Source of the DNA: Acholeplasmataceae bacterium
GTDB taxonomy: Bacteria > Bacillota_I > Bacilli_A > Acholeplasmatales > Acholeplasmataceae
Assembly (NCBI GenBank): GCA_003497445.1
Contig: DNNX01000067.1
Location: 1-26,512, forward strand
Length of the DNA stretch: 26,512 nucleotides
Reading direction: 5' to 3'
This document shows, one piece after another, positions 8,700 through 16,734 of this stretch (within the stretch, counting starts at the first letter, position 1; the number at the start of each line of letters is the position of its first letter). The notes under the pieces were generated by a model. That model saw only the letters and a program-made list of their open reading frames with translations. It had not been told where the DNA came from and searched no databases. A program made the translations under genes and the position numbers.

Positions 8700-9602
8700 T
8701 TACTTGATTGCACCCGATGTCATACCTTTAATGATATGTTTTTGAACAAACAAGAATAAAATGAGTAATGGAACCGCAGCTAAAATCACTTGAGTGAGTA
8801 TAAGCGGCCAATCTTTCGTATATAAACCTGCCAAAACACCAACGGAAAGTGGTAATGTTTGTACTGGATTTTTTACACCCAATACAAGAACAGGAAGTAA
8901 ATAGTCATTCCATATCCATAAACCGTTTAACACTAACATGGTGACAAAAATAGGTTTTAAAATAGGAAATACAACTCTGAAAAATACTTGTCTTTGGCTA
9001 CAACCATCAATAATGGCAGCCTCCTCAATTTCAAGTGGTACAGATTTGATAAATCCATAAAACATAAATACAGAAAGTGGCGCTCCAAAACCAATATATG
9101 TGAGTACGATACCATGTACTGTTTCTTTCATTTGTAACCCAGTAATGTTTGTAATATCTTGAAGTAGTCTAACAAGTGGTAACATTACCACTTGAAATGG
9201 AATGACGAGCCCACTCAGAAATAAAAAGAAGATCAACTTAGAATACTTCGTTTTCGTTCTTACAAGGACCCATGCTGCCATTGAACTAAAAATCCCTATT
9301 GAAAATAGTGAAAGAGATGTAATAAGCAGTGAATAGCCAAATGAAGAGAAATATCTTATTTGTCGATGCGTTAAGATGCGTTCTATGTTATTAATGAAAT
9401 TTGTAAAATAGTTTTGAGGAAATCCAAGCGGATCTAAAATAATCGCATTATTGTCTGCTTTACCAACATTGATTAAAACAATAATAATTGGCATGAAAAA
9501 TAAAATTAATAAAATAACAGAAAAGATTTCAATGGTCCAGTTATTTTGTTTAAATGTAAGATTCCAATTTTTCTTTTGTTTGTTATTAGATTTTAATTGC
9601 AT
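8700..9602 (-). CDS. Carbohydrate ABC transporter permease (MalG/MsmG-like)
   Basis: Multiple TM segments; EAA loop IEEAAIIDGCS; IWNDYLLP; start overlaps the upstream stop (TAATG). Confidence 0.92.
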   Translation of the reverse strand: MQLKSNNKQKKNWNLTFKQNNWTIEIFSVILLILFFMPIIIVLINVGKADNNAIILDPLGFPQNYFTNFINNIERILTHRQIRYFSSFGYSLLITSLSLFSIGIFSSMAAWVLVRTKTKYSKLIFFLFLSGLVIPFQVVMLPLVRLLQDITNITGLQMKETVHGIVLTYIGFGAPLSVFMFYGFIKSVPLEIEEAAIIDGCSQRQVFFRVVFPILKPIFVTMLVLNGLWIWNDYLLPVLVLGVKNPVQTLPLSVGVLAGLYTKDWPLILTQVILAAVPLLILFLFVQKHIIKGMTSGAIK

Positions 9603-10534
9603 TACATTTCCACCTCTCTCTTTTGAGTAAAGTAGACTTGTAATCCACCAATAACACCTATAAGTATGAAAAACAATATTGCTTTCGCTTGTCCAACACC
9701 TAATTGGAATCTCACAAATGCAGTTTCATAAATGTTATATGTTATTACTTCAGTACTTTGCACTGTGATTGGGTTAATCCCATATAAGTTTGCAAACCAT
9801 ACCGGCATTTGCATTGCTGGACCACTTTGAGTGAGTGATACAACAGTATCATATTGTTTAAATGATGTAACAAGAGTTAAAAATAATGCAATTGTAAATG
9901 CTTGTGCCACCAAAGGAAAAGTGATTGCTTTGAGTCTTTGCCAAGCATTCGCACCATCAATCGTTGCCGCTTCAATTAAATCTTGAGGGACATTCTGAAG
10001 TGCAGCAATGTAAATCATCATAATATAGCCAGCATATTGCCATGTAACAACAATAGAGAGTCCTAATATGGAAGTCTCACCAACGGCAATTAATGAGGGT
10101 TCAAACCACACTATAAGCGCCCGATTGTATAAAAATTGCCATATATATCCTAATACAAGACCACCGATGAGATTCGGTAAGAAAAATCCTGCACGATAAA
10201 CATTTTTCATCAATGTATTTTGAGTGACTATTAATGCCAAACCAAAAGCAACAATATTAATAATGACCACTGCAAGTAATGAATACGTCGCAGTTTGCAA
10301 AAAAGAAAAGCCAAATTGTGGATCACTCAAGATTTGTCTGTAATTATCAAATCCAACAAAACTTTCGTTTCCAGTATTTAGGCCTGACCAATTCGTAAAA
10401 CTATAATAAATTCCTGTAAAGAATGGCACAATAACAAAAATAATAAAGGCAGATAATGAAGGCAACAAAAATAACCAAAATGATCGATTACTCTGTGCTC
10501 TTCTACTATTTCCGAATAAAATGTTTTGCTTCAT
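9602..10534 (-). CDS. Carbohydrate ABC transporter permease (MalF/MsmF-like)
   Basis: YYSFTNWSG, FVGFDNY, EAA loop LIEAATIDGANAWQRLK. ATG at 10534 with AGAGGG RBS is preferred over the track start at 10561. Confidence 0.92.
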   Translation of the reverse strand: MKQNILFGNSRRAQSNRSFWLFLLPSLSAFIIFVIVPFFTGIYYSFTNWSGLNTGNESFVGFDNYRQILSDPQFGFSFLQTATYSLLAVVIINIVAFGLALIVTQNTLMKNVYRAGFFLPNLIGGLVLGYIWQFLYNRALIVWFEPSLIAVGETSILGLSIVVTWQYAGYIMMIYIAALQNVPQDLIEAATIDGANAWQRLKAITFPLVAQAFTIALFLTLVTSFKQYDTVVSLTQSGPAMQMPVWFANLYGINPITVQSTEVITYNIYETAFVRFQLGVGQAKAILFFILIGVIGGLQVYFTQKREVEM

Positions 10535-10601
10535 GTTCCCTCTTTTAAGTAACGAATACAATTCTTATCAACTTTTATAACATATAAAAGTGACTATCAT
10601 A

Positions 10602-10615
10602 TGGAAAGGTTTTCA
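10602..10615. promoter_or_regulatory. Candidate LacI-family operator at the sugar ABC transcription start
   Basis: TGGAAAGGTTTTCA is near-palindromic, lies just downstream of the -10, and matches the site at 13345-13358 at 11 of 14 positions. Confidence 0.5.
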
Positions 10616-10620
10616 TAAAC

Positions 10621-10649
10621 ATTTTAACAAAAAATGTAAGCGTTGTCAA
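10621..10649 (-). promoter_or_regulatory. Sigma-A promoter of the sugar ABC operon
   Basis: Minus strand reads TTGACA (10649-10644), 17-bp spacer, TAAAAT (10626-10621). Confidence 0.75.
10635..10648. promoter_or_regulatory. cre-like site (CcpA/LacI family) overlapping the -35
   Basis: TGTAAGCGTTGTCA matches the consensus TGWAANCGNTNWCA at every position. Confidence 0.65.
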
Positions 10650-10712
10650 TATAATTATCGTATTTTGTGTGAAAATACTTGTAACATGATAATATGGTTA
10701 TGAGGTGACTAA

Positions 10713-11507
10713 GTGATTTACATATTATATCTTTATTTTCTATTTTCAATTTCTTATATATTCATGCAATCTACTTCTTTAGAAATTGCGTTTATAAGTG
10801 TTGTTCTGACACCTTTTGCCGCTTTTATCATGGTATTTTTATTCTTAGCATTACACATCCCAATATTCAAACTCTTTAACGTTAAACCACACAATTTGTA
10901 TCTCAATTACTTAAATAGACAAATGATCACCCTTTTTAATCATGTATTCCTGAGAATGAAAACAACACTTATAGGCTCATTTGATCCCACAATAAATCAA
11001 GTCATTTATTCAAACCACACATCATATTCTGATGCATTGTGTGTATTAGAAAAGGTGCATATGCCAATGGCATTCACACCTAAAGTTTCCATATTAAAAA
11101 TCCCCTTCATTAGTCAATGGATTACATTGCTAGGGAGTTTTCCCGTCGATAGAAATAATTCAAGAAAAACACTAGAAAATATGATTAAAGCAATTCAAAC
11201 CGTGAAAAACGGTCAAAACATGCTTGTTTTCCCTGAAGGTACTGTAAGGGACAAATACATGAATGATGTTGAAAATATGAAAGCTGGCGCATTCAAACTT
11301 GTTTTAAAAGCGCAAACACATTTGACTCTCATTAAAATAACTGGTGATATTGATGTTCGAAAAAAAGTGCCTTTTTATCCAATTAATCGTACCGTGCAAG
11401 TAATTGGGACCTATGATTATGATTCAATCAAAGAAATCGCAACGTCTGAATTATCTAATCAAATGATGCAGACCATAAATACTTTTACAGGACACAAAGA
11501 TCAATGA
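10713..11507 (+). CDS. plsC: 1-acyl-sn-glycerol-3-phosphate acyltransferase (PlsC-like, LPLAT family)
   Basis: N-terminal TM region; NHTSYSD (HxxxxD), FPVDR, LVFPEGT; GTG start with GAGGTG RBS. Confidence 0.8.
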   Translation: MIYILYLYFLFSISYIFMQSTSLEIAFISVVLTPFAAFIMVFLFLALHIPIFKLFNVKPHNLYLNYLNRQMITLFNHVFLRMKTTLIGSFDPTINQVIYSNHTSYSDALCVLEKVHMPMAFTPKVSILKIPFISQWITLLGSFPVDRNNSRKTLENMIKAIQTVKNGQNMLVFPEGTVRDKYMNDVENMKAGAFKLVLKAQTHLTLIKITGDIDVRKKVPFYPINRTVQVIGTYDYDSIKEIATSELSNQMMQTINTFTGHKDQ

Positions 11508-12084
11508 TATCAAATTGATCTTTTTTTGAATCATAATCCAACATCGACACACTACAATTCCTAATAGGTATAGCATCTTTTTGAACTTGATTAATTTTCA
11601 TGATGTTCGCGATGATTTCTCTTATGACCCCGCCATGTGTGACAATTATGATATTTTTTTTAAGGTTGTTGTGAACAATTTTCTTAAAGGTTTCAAATGA
11701 TCGCAATTGAAATTCAATGTATGATTCTCCTGAATGAATATTTAATGCATTCTTCTCATTTTCTGGTTTATTAAAAAAGTAAGCATACTCTGCTTCAATT
11801 TCTTGCCAAGAATGACCCTCCCACGAACCTAAATACATCTCTCTTAACTGCTTATCAATATAAACTTCTTTATGGATTGCATCTGCAATAATTTGAGCAG
11901 TTTCCAATGCTCTTGATAGATCACTTGAATAGACAATATCGATCGATTCTTCTCTAAAAAAAGATACAAGTGCATTTGCTTGTAAGCGTCCTTGATCATT
12001 TAGAGGGGTATCTTTCCAACCTTGCATGAGGTTTTTTATATTATCGTTGGTTTGTCCGTGTCTAACTAAATAAATTCTCATCAA
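11485..12084 (-). CDS. Histidine phosphatase family protein (phosphoglycerate mutase-like fold)
   Basis: IYLVRHGQT, SSDLSRALETA, LREMYLGSWEG, IVTHGGVI. Confidence 0.9.
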   Translation of the reverse strand: MMRIYLVRHGQTNDNIKNLMQGWKDTPLNDQGRLQANALVSFFREESIDIVYSSDLSRALETAQIIADAIHKEVYIDKQLREMYLGSWEGHSWQEIEAEYAYFFNKPENEKNALNIHSGESYIEFQLRSFETFKKIVHNNLKKNIIIVTHGGVIREIIANIMKINQVQKDAIPIRNCSVSMLDYDSKKDQFDIIDLCVL

Positions 12085-12159
12085 TTACTCTTTTATTGCA
12101 TATATACTTATGTTATCATAATAGGGTATCAATGAACAATAAAATCTACGGAGTATTCT

Positions 12160-13266
12160 ATGACCCTTTTAGAGATTACCAATGCATTAATAGATTCAAA
12201 AAAACATACAAAAAAACTTTTCATAGGTTTTGATGGATTTGTGGATAACATCATGCATGTTGTTGACAAGAGATTAAGTTTAACTGAGTTTAAACGTTTG
12301 GAATATATTAAAGATTATGCGGAGCGTATTGGAAAAGCTGCAGGACTCTCCACTAACATTGAATGGGTCGTAGACCAACAAAAAATAGGTGGTAATGGTC
12401 CAATCATGACCAATGCTTTACTTAATCATAATGTCGATGTCACATATGTAGGGGCACTCGGCTATCCAACATTACATCCAGTATTTCAGCCAATCGCTCA
12501 AAAAGCGAATATTATTTCAATTGAAAATCCAGGCATTTCAGATGCTGTTGAATTTTTCGATGGAAAAATCATTATGGGACGTATGAATTTTGATCATATG
12601 ACCTATGATCGTTTAATTGAAACTTATGGAGAAAAACAACTTATTAAACAGTTGCAAACTTCTGATTTAGTCGCTAGTGTCAATTGGTCTATGTTACCAA
12701 CGATGACGTCGTTATGGGAAGATTTATTAGAAAAAGCATTACCTCAATTAAGTCCTAAAGCTGTCAAGCCAATTCTATTTGTTGATATTGCCGATCCAGA
12801 GAAAAGAGCCTCTTCTGATATTATTCGCGCACTCCATTTATTAAAATTATTTAAATCTTATTTTAAAGTCATTTTAGGATTTAACAAAAAAGAAGCCTAT
12901 GATGTTTCAGTTACTTTAGGTTTATTTTCTAGTGACGTGATCAAAGAAACAAGTCTTGAAAATGTTACAAAAGCTTTGTTTAATGAACTAGAAGTTGACC
13001 AACTTGTTGTGCATCCGGTTGATCGTGCAGTGGTCATGACGGAACAAGGTTTCTTTGAAACAAAAGGACCTTATGTTGAGAAACCAAAACTTACAACAGG
13101 CGCTGGAGATAATTTTAATGCAGGATATGTATTTGGGCAACTTACTGGACTTACACCGGAGGCATCACTATTAACTGGTGTTTGCACAAGTGGATTTTAT
13201 GTTGTGAATGCAAAAAGCCCATCTACTGACGAACTCATTGCATTCATCGAAAACTTTAAAAAATAA
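12160..13266 (+). CDS. PfkB/ribokinase-family carbohydrate kinase
   Basis: IGGNGPIMTNAL substrate-side motif and anion-hole motif TTGAGDNFNAG; GGAG RBS. Confidence 0.8.
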   Translation: MTLLEITNALIDSKKHTKKLFIGFDGFVDNIMHVVDKRLSLTEFKRLEYIKDYAERIGKAAGLSTNIEWVVDQQKIGGNGPIMTNALLNHNVDVTYVGALGYPTLHPVFQPIAQKANIISIENPGISDAVEFFDGKIIMGRMNFDHMTYDRLIETYGEKQLIKQLQTSDLVASVNWSMLPTMTSLWEDLLEKALPQLSPKAVKPILFVDIADPEKRASSDIIRALHLLKLFKSYFKVILGFNKKEAYDVSVTLGLFSSDVIKETSLENVTKALFNELEVDQLVVHPVDRAVVMTEQGFFETKGPYVEKPKLTTGAGDNFNAGYVFGQLTGLTPEASLLTGVCTSGFYVVNAKSPSTDELIAFIENFKK

Positions 13267-13288
13267 AAGTGCTTAGGCACTTTTTTTT
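13265..13288 (+). terminator. Intrinsic terminator after the PfkB kinase
   Basis: AAAAGTGC-TTAG-GCACTTTT plus a T-run. Confidence 0.8.
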
Positions 13289-13329
13289 ATTTATGTGCAT
13301 ATTTCACATATTTATTTATTTTTAGAATT

Positions 13330-13338
13330 TGATATAAT
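13330..13338 (+). promoter_or_regulatory. Extended -10 promoter element (TGaTATAAT) for the GH13 gene
   Basis: Exact TGnTATAAT ending 25 nt before the ATG. Confidence 0.65.
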
Positions 13339-13344
13339 ACATTG

Positions 13345-13358
13345 TGAAAGGGTTTCCA
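13345..13358. promoter_or_regulatory. Candidate LacI-family operator overlapping the GH13 transcription start and RBS
   Basis: TGAAAGGGTTTCCA matches 10602-10615 at 11 of 14 positions. Confidence 0.45.
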
Positions 13359-13362
13359 TATT

Positions 13363-15156
13363 ATGAAATCATATCCACTTATAGAAACTTTATTTGATGC
13401 TTTATATCCTCAAAGTCAAGAGGCAAAGAAAGACTTCATGCTGTTTATAAAACAACATGAAGCAACATCAGTTGAATCGCCATGGTATACGTATACCCCG
13501 ATTGTAGCTATGACACTTTATGTTGATTTGTTCTCAAATGATATTCTTTCTTTGAAAGAAAAATTATCATATTTCAAAGATTTAGAGATTAACTTGATTC
13601 ATCTTATGCCACTATTAAAAACTCGAAAAGATGAAAATGATGGCGGATATGCTGTGGTGGATTTTAATGATGTTGATGAAAAATTTGGAACGAAAGATGA
13701 TCTTCTAGACATCATCAACTATTTCCATAAGCATGATATTAAGCTCATGATTGATTTCGTATTAAATCATATCGCAAAAGAACATCAATGGTCTATGAAT
13801 GCAATGCAGGGTGATGTCTTATATCAAAATTATTTCATGATGTTTGATGATGCATTCATTCCATCACAATTTGATTTAACAGTACCATTAGTCATTCCAG
13901 AGAGAAAAAAAACAAATTTTACATATATTGAAAGCATGTCAAAATATGTCTATACTTCTTTTAGTGATTATCAATGGGATTTAAATTATAAAAATCCATA
14001 TGTTTTAATAGACATGTTAAAACAGCTTTATACATTTTCAAAATGGGGCATTGATATGGTGCGGCTTGATGCCATACCTTTTATGTGGAAAACGATTGGA
14101 ACAAATTGTCGAAATCTCCCTGAAGTGCATGTACTCATGAGATTATTTAGAGCATTTCGTGATTTAACCTGTCCAAATGTCGCACTTCTTGGAGAAGCAA
14201 TCGTTGAACCTGATGAAATTGTAAAGTATTTTGGCACCGATGAAGCACCTGAATGTGATTTTATGTATGATGCGAATTTAATGGTGGATTTATGGCATAC
14301 TGTCGCGACACAAGATGGACGTTTATTAACCTCGGATGCTAATCGATTCCAATTACCAAAACATGCCACATGGCTAAATTACATACGTTGTCATGACGAT
14401 ATAGGTTGGGGTCTTAATGAAGAGGCACTAAGAAGTCAAGGCTTTGATCCTTTCATGCATAAACAATTTTTAATATCGTTTTTCAATGGATCATTTGAAG
14501 GATCTTTTAGTAAAGGTATCGATTACCAAAAAAATGAACAGACACATGATGCTAGAACAAATGGTATGTTTGCTTCTCTAGCAGGTATCGAAGATGCAAA
14601 AGATCAACAAGCATCTATGTTATTTGATTTATCCATTAATAGAATAAAAATGCTTAACGGATTATTATTTTTCTACCAAGGTGCACCGATGATTTATGCG
14701 GGTGATGATATTGGCATGATCAATGATACATCCTATTTAGAGGATGATACAAAAAAAGATGATTCTAGGTGGATACATCGACCATTTTATGATTGGCAAT
14801 TATATGATAATATCATGCACCAAAAAGATCAACGTTTTGAAATTTATAGAGATTTAAAACAACTGATTGCTTTAAGAAAAAAAGAACCTTTATTAAGCCC
14901 TTTTACAAATCAACGCGCAATAAACATTCATAATTCAGATATTGTTGTTCTAGAAAAGAGACATCAAAAGGATGGTTTAATCGGCATTTTCAATGTCTCC
15001 AATAAAACAACCTCTTTAAATCTATCATTTATGAAAGAATACGGTTATACAAAAATACAAAAAGATTTAATTCAAGGACGCAAAATATTAAAAACCCAGT
15101 CCAGTATGATACTCGCCCCTTATGAAATACTATTTATCCCAGTAAAGACTGCATAG
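13363..15156 (+). CDS. GH13 amylosucrase-like glucosyltransferase/sucrose hydrolase (GH13_4-like), no signal peptide
   Basis: DGGYAV, DFVLNH, QWDLNY, nucleophile region RLDAIPFMWKTIGTNCRNLPEVH, acid/base EAIVEP, NYIRCHDDIGW and DSRWIHRP follow the amylosucrase motif pattern. Confidence 0.8.
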   Translation: MKSYPLIETLFDALYPQSQEAKKDFMLFIKQHEATSVESPWYTYTPIVAMTLYVDLFSNDILSLKEKLSYFKDLEINLIHLMPLLKTRKDENDGGYAVVDFNDVDEKFGTKDDLLDIINYFHKHDIKLMIDFVLNHIAKEHQWSMNAMQGDVLYQNYFMMFDDAFIPSQFDLTVPLVIPERKKTNFTYIESMSKYVYTSFSDYQWDLNYKNPYVLIDMLKQLYTFSKWGIDMVRLDAIPFMWKTIGTNCRNLPEVHVLMRLFRAFRDLTCPNVALLGEAIVEPDEIVKYFGTDEAPECDFMYDANLMVDLWHTVATQDGRLLTSDANRFQLPKHATWLNYIRCHDDIGWGLNEEALRSQGFDPFMHKQFLISFFNGSFEGSFSKGIDYQKNEQTHDARTNGMFASLAGIEDAKDQQASMLFDLSINRIKMLNGLLFFYQGAPMIYAGDDIGMINDTSYLEDDTKKDDSRWIHRPFYDWQLYDNIMHQKDQRFEIYRDLKQLIALRKKEPLLSPFTNQRAINIHNSDIVVLEKRHQKDGLIGIFNVSNKTTSLNLSFMKEYGYTKIQKDLIQGRKILKTQSSMILAPYEILFIPVKTA

Positions 15157-15169
15157 CAGTCTTTTTTTT
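15144..15169 (+). terminator. Intrinsic terminator after the GH13 gene
   Basis: AAAGACTGC-ATA-GCAGTCTTT plus a T-run; the stop codon sits in the loop. Confidence 0.8.
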
Positions 15170-15171
15170 GC

Positions 15172-15198
15172 AAAAAAAACACTTGCAAGCAAGTGTTT
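15172..15198 (-). terminator. Intrinsic terminator downstream of tRNA-Val
   Basis: Minus strand reads AAACACTTG-CTTG-CAAGTGTTT followed by further T residues. Confidence 0.8.
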
Positions 15199-15209
15199 AA
15201 AATATCAAA

Positions 15210-15284
15210 TGGTGGAGTTAGAGGGGATTGAACCCACGACCCCTTGCACGTCAAGCAAGTGCTCTCCCGCTGAGCTATAACTCC
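15210..15284 (-). tRNA. tRNA-Val (anticodon GAC), CCA encoded
   Basis: 75-nt cloverleaf on the minus strand: acceptor GGAGTTA/TAACTCC, D stem GCTC/GAGC, anticodon stem CTTGC/GCAAG with loop TTGACGT, T loop TTCAATC, ACCA end. Confidence 0.97.
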
Positions 15285-15297
15285 ATTCGCACCTAAC

Positions 15298-15325
15298 ATT
15301 ATACATGAATTATATTTTGAATCAA
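15298..15325 (-). promoter_or_regulatory. Probable sigma-A promoter of tRNA-Val
   Basis: Minus strand reads TTGATT (15325-15320), 16-bp spacer, TATAAT (15303-15298). Confidence 0.55.
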
Positions 15326-16734
15326 GTCGTAGTATGTATTTGATTTAAAACAAATTCTGATTTTTGAGAAATATAGGATGATAAGTCTCTATATCCAAAA
15401 GATAATGACATCATTGAATTGATAATATCTTCTTCATATATTGGTTTATATGTATCAATAAATGCTTTAAAAAAATCAAATGTAAAGGATGTTTGAATCA
15501 ATGTCTCAAGATGCGCTTCATATAAAAATTTAAAACTATCCATGTCAATTAATACTTCCATTAAAGGATGGTTGACTTCTTGACCTGTTAAATATGAAAA
15601 AACTTCTCCAAAATGATAGAGTGTATTATTGATGAGTTGATTTTCAAATACTGGTGCACCATCCCATCCTTGACCTAAACTATGATCGAGATCATAAGGC
15701 ATAAAATGATAGGTCTCAGTAACACTATCAACATACAAATAATAATTGTTAGCCATCGATCGAAAATCATCAGGATTTCCCAATAGAAATGAAACTGCAA
15801 ACATTTTTGATAATGCTTGGATATCCATATTTGCCTCAACAAATGCCTTTTTAAAGGTCATATCTTCACTTGCTAAAACATCAATGAGTAAATTCAATGC
15901 ATCGTGAGTAGATGTATTCTTATTTGTTTTTAAATCATAGGCAGGACGATAATTTATGGAAACATCTTTGATACCGATGGCTCCTTCCTTTAAGTTCGCT
16001 AAATTTGCTGGACCAAATTGTTGCCACAATGATTTATATAAATCTCCAATTTGACCATCTTTGTAATCAAAACGTCTTTTTATAAACCATTCATCTATTG
16101 GTTCAAATGCAGTCATGACACCAACTTTATATATCACTTCATCGATATGAACTTCCACATATATGAGCGTTGCACGCTGCGCAACCACATCATAAGCTTC
16201 ATATAATTTGAATGCACCAAATTCATTCATATACGTTTCGTCATAGTTACGATTATATTTTAAATCTAATTCTTCCAAACCAAAAAGAAACCCATCTCGA
16301 GTGATATCTGTAAATTGCTGATTGAATTTGAGTTTAAAATGATTCAGTTGTAATATGCCTTCTTCATTTAAAAAGCGATTCCTAGAAAGATTACCTCTTG
16401 TCCTAAATGGGACATCTTGCATATCTATCGTTCCAAATTCGTCTTGATATGTAATATGAGACATGATATATTCATCACTTTTATAATTTCCAAATTGATC
16501 AAAATATGCTTGCATAGATTGGTCCAATAAAGATGCTTGGTCTTGAGTTATAAAGATGACTAATGTCTTATGGTTTTCATGATTAAAAAAACGATCATAA
16601 TTATCATCTAATAAAATCTCTTCTTCATCGATCATCACTGGATCTGTTTCAGGTATGAGTGTTGTCTCACAGCCAATAATGAAAACGCTGATCGCAACAA
16701 TCAAAACTACGTTTAAAAACTTCTTATATATCAT
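15322..16734 (-). CDS. CotH-family kinase lipoprotein (copy 2)
   Basis: Lipobox IIGC; RTRGNLSR, HFKLKF, YMNEF, GNPDDFRSMANNYYLY, FMPYDLDHSLG. Start overlaps the sensor kinase stop by 11 nt. Confidence 0.82.
   Translation of the reverse strand: MIYKKFLNVVLIVAISVFIIGCETTLIPETDPVMIDEEEILLDDNYDRFFNHENHKTLVIFITQDQASLLDQSMQAYFDQFGNYKSDEYIMSHITYQDEFGTIDMQDVPFRTRGNLSRNRFLNEEGILQLNHFKLKFNQQFTDITRDGFLFGLEELDLKYNRNYDETYMNEFGAFKLYEAYDVVAQRATLIYVEVHIDEVIYKVGVMTAFEPIDEWFIKRRFDYKDGQIGDLYKSLWQQFGPANLANLKEGAIGIKDVSINYRPAYDLKTNKNTSTHDALNLLIDVLASEDMTFKKAFVEANMDIQALSKMFAVSFLLGNPDDFRSMANNYYLYVDSVTETYHFMPYDLDHSLGQGWDGAPVFENQLINNTLYHFGEVFSYLTGQEVNHPLMEVLIDMDSFKFLYEAHLETLIQTSFTFDFFKAFIDTYKPIYEEDIINSMMSLSFGYRDLSSYISQKSEFVLNQIHTTT

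Noticed and set aside
14028-14369. 113-aa minus-strand ORF
   Set aside because: Antisense to the catalytic core of the GH13 gene.
15162-15179. Perfect palindrome T8-GC-A8
   Set aside because: Explained by the tails of two tail-to-tail terminators separated by 2 bp.
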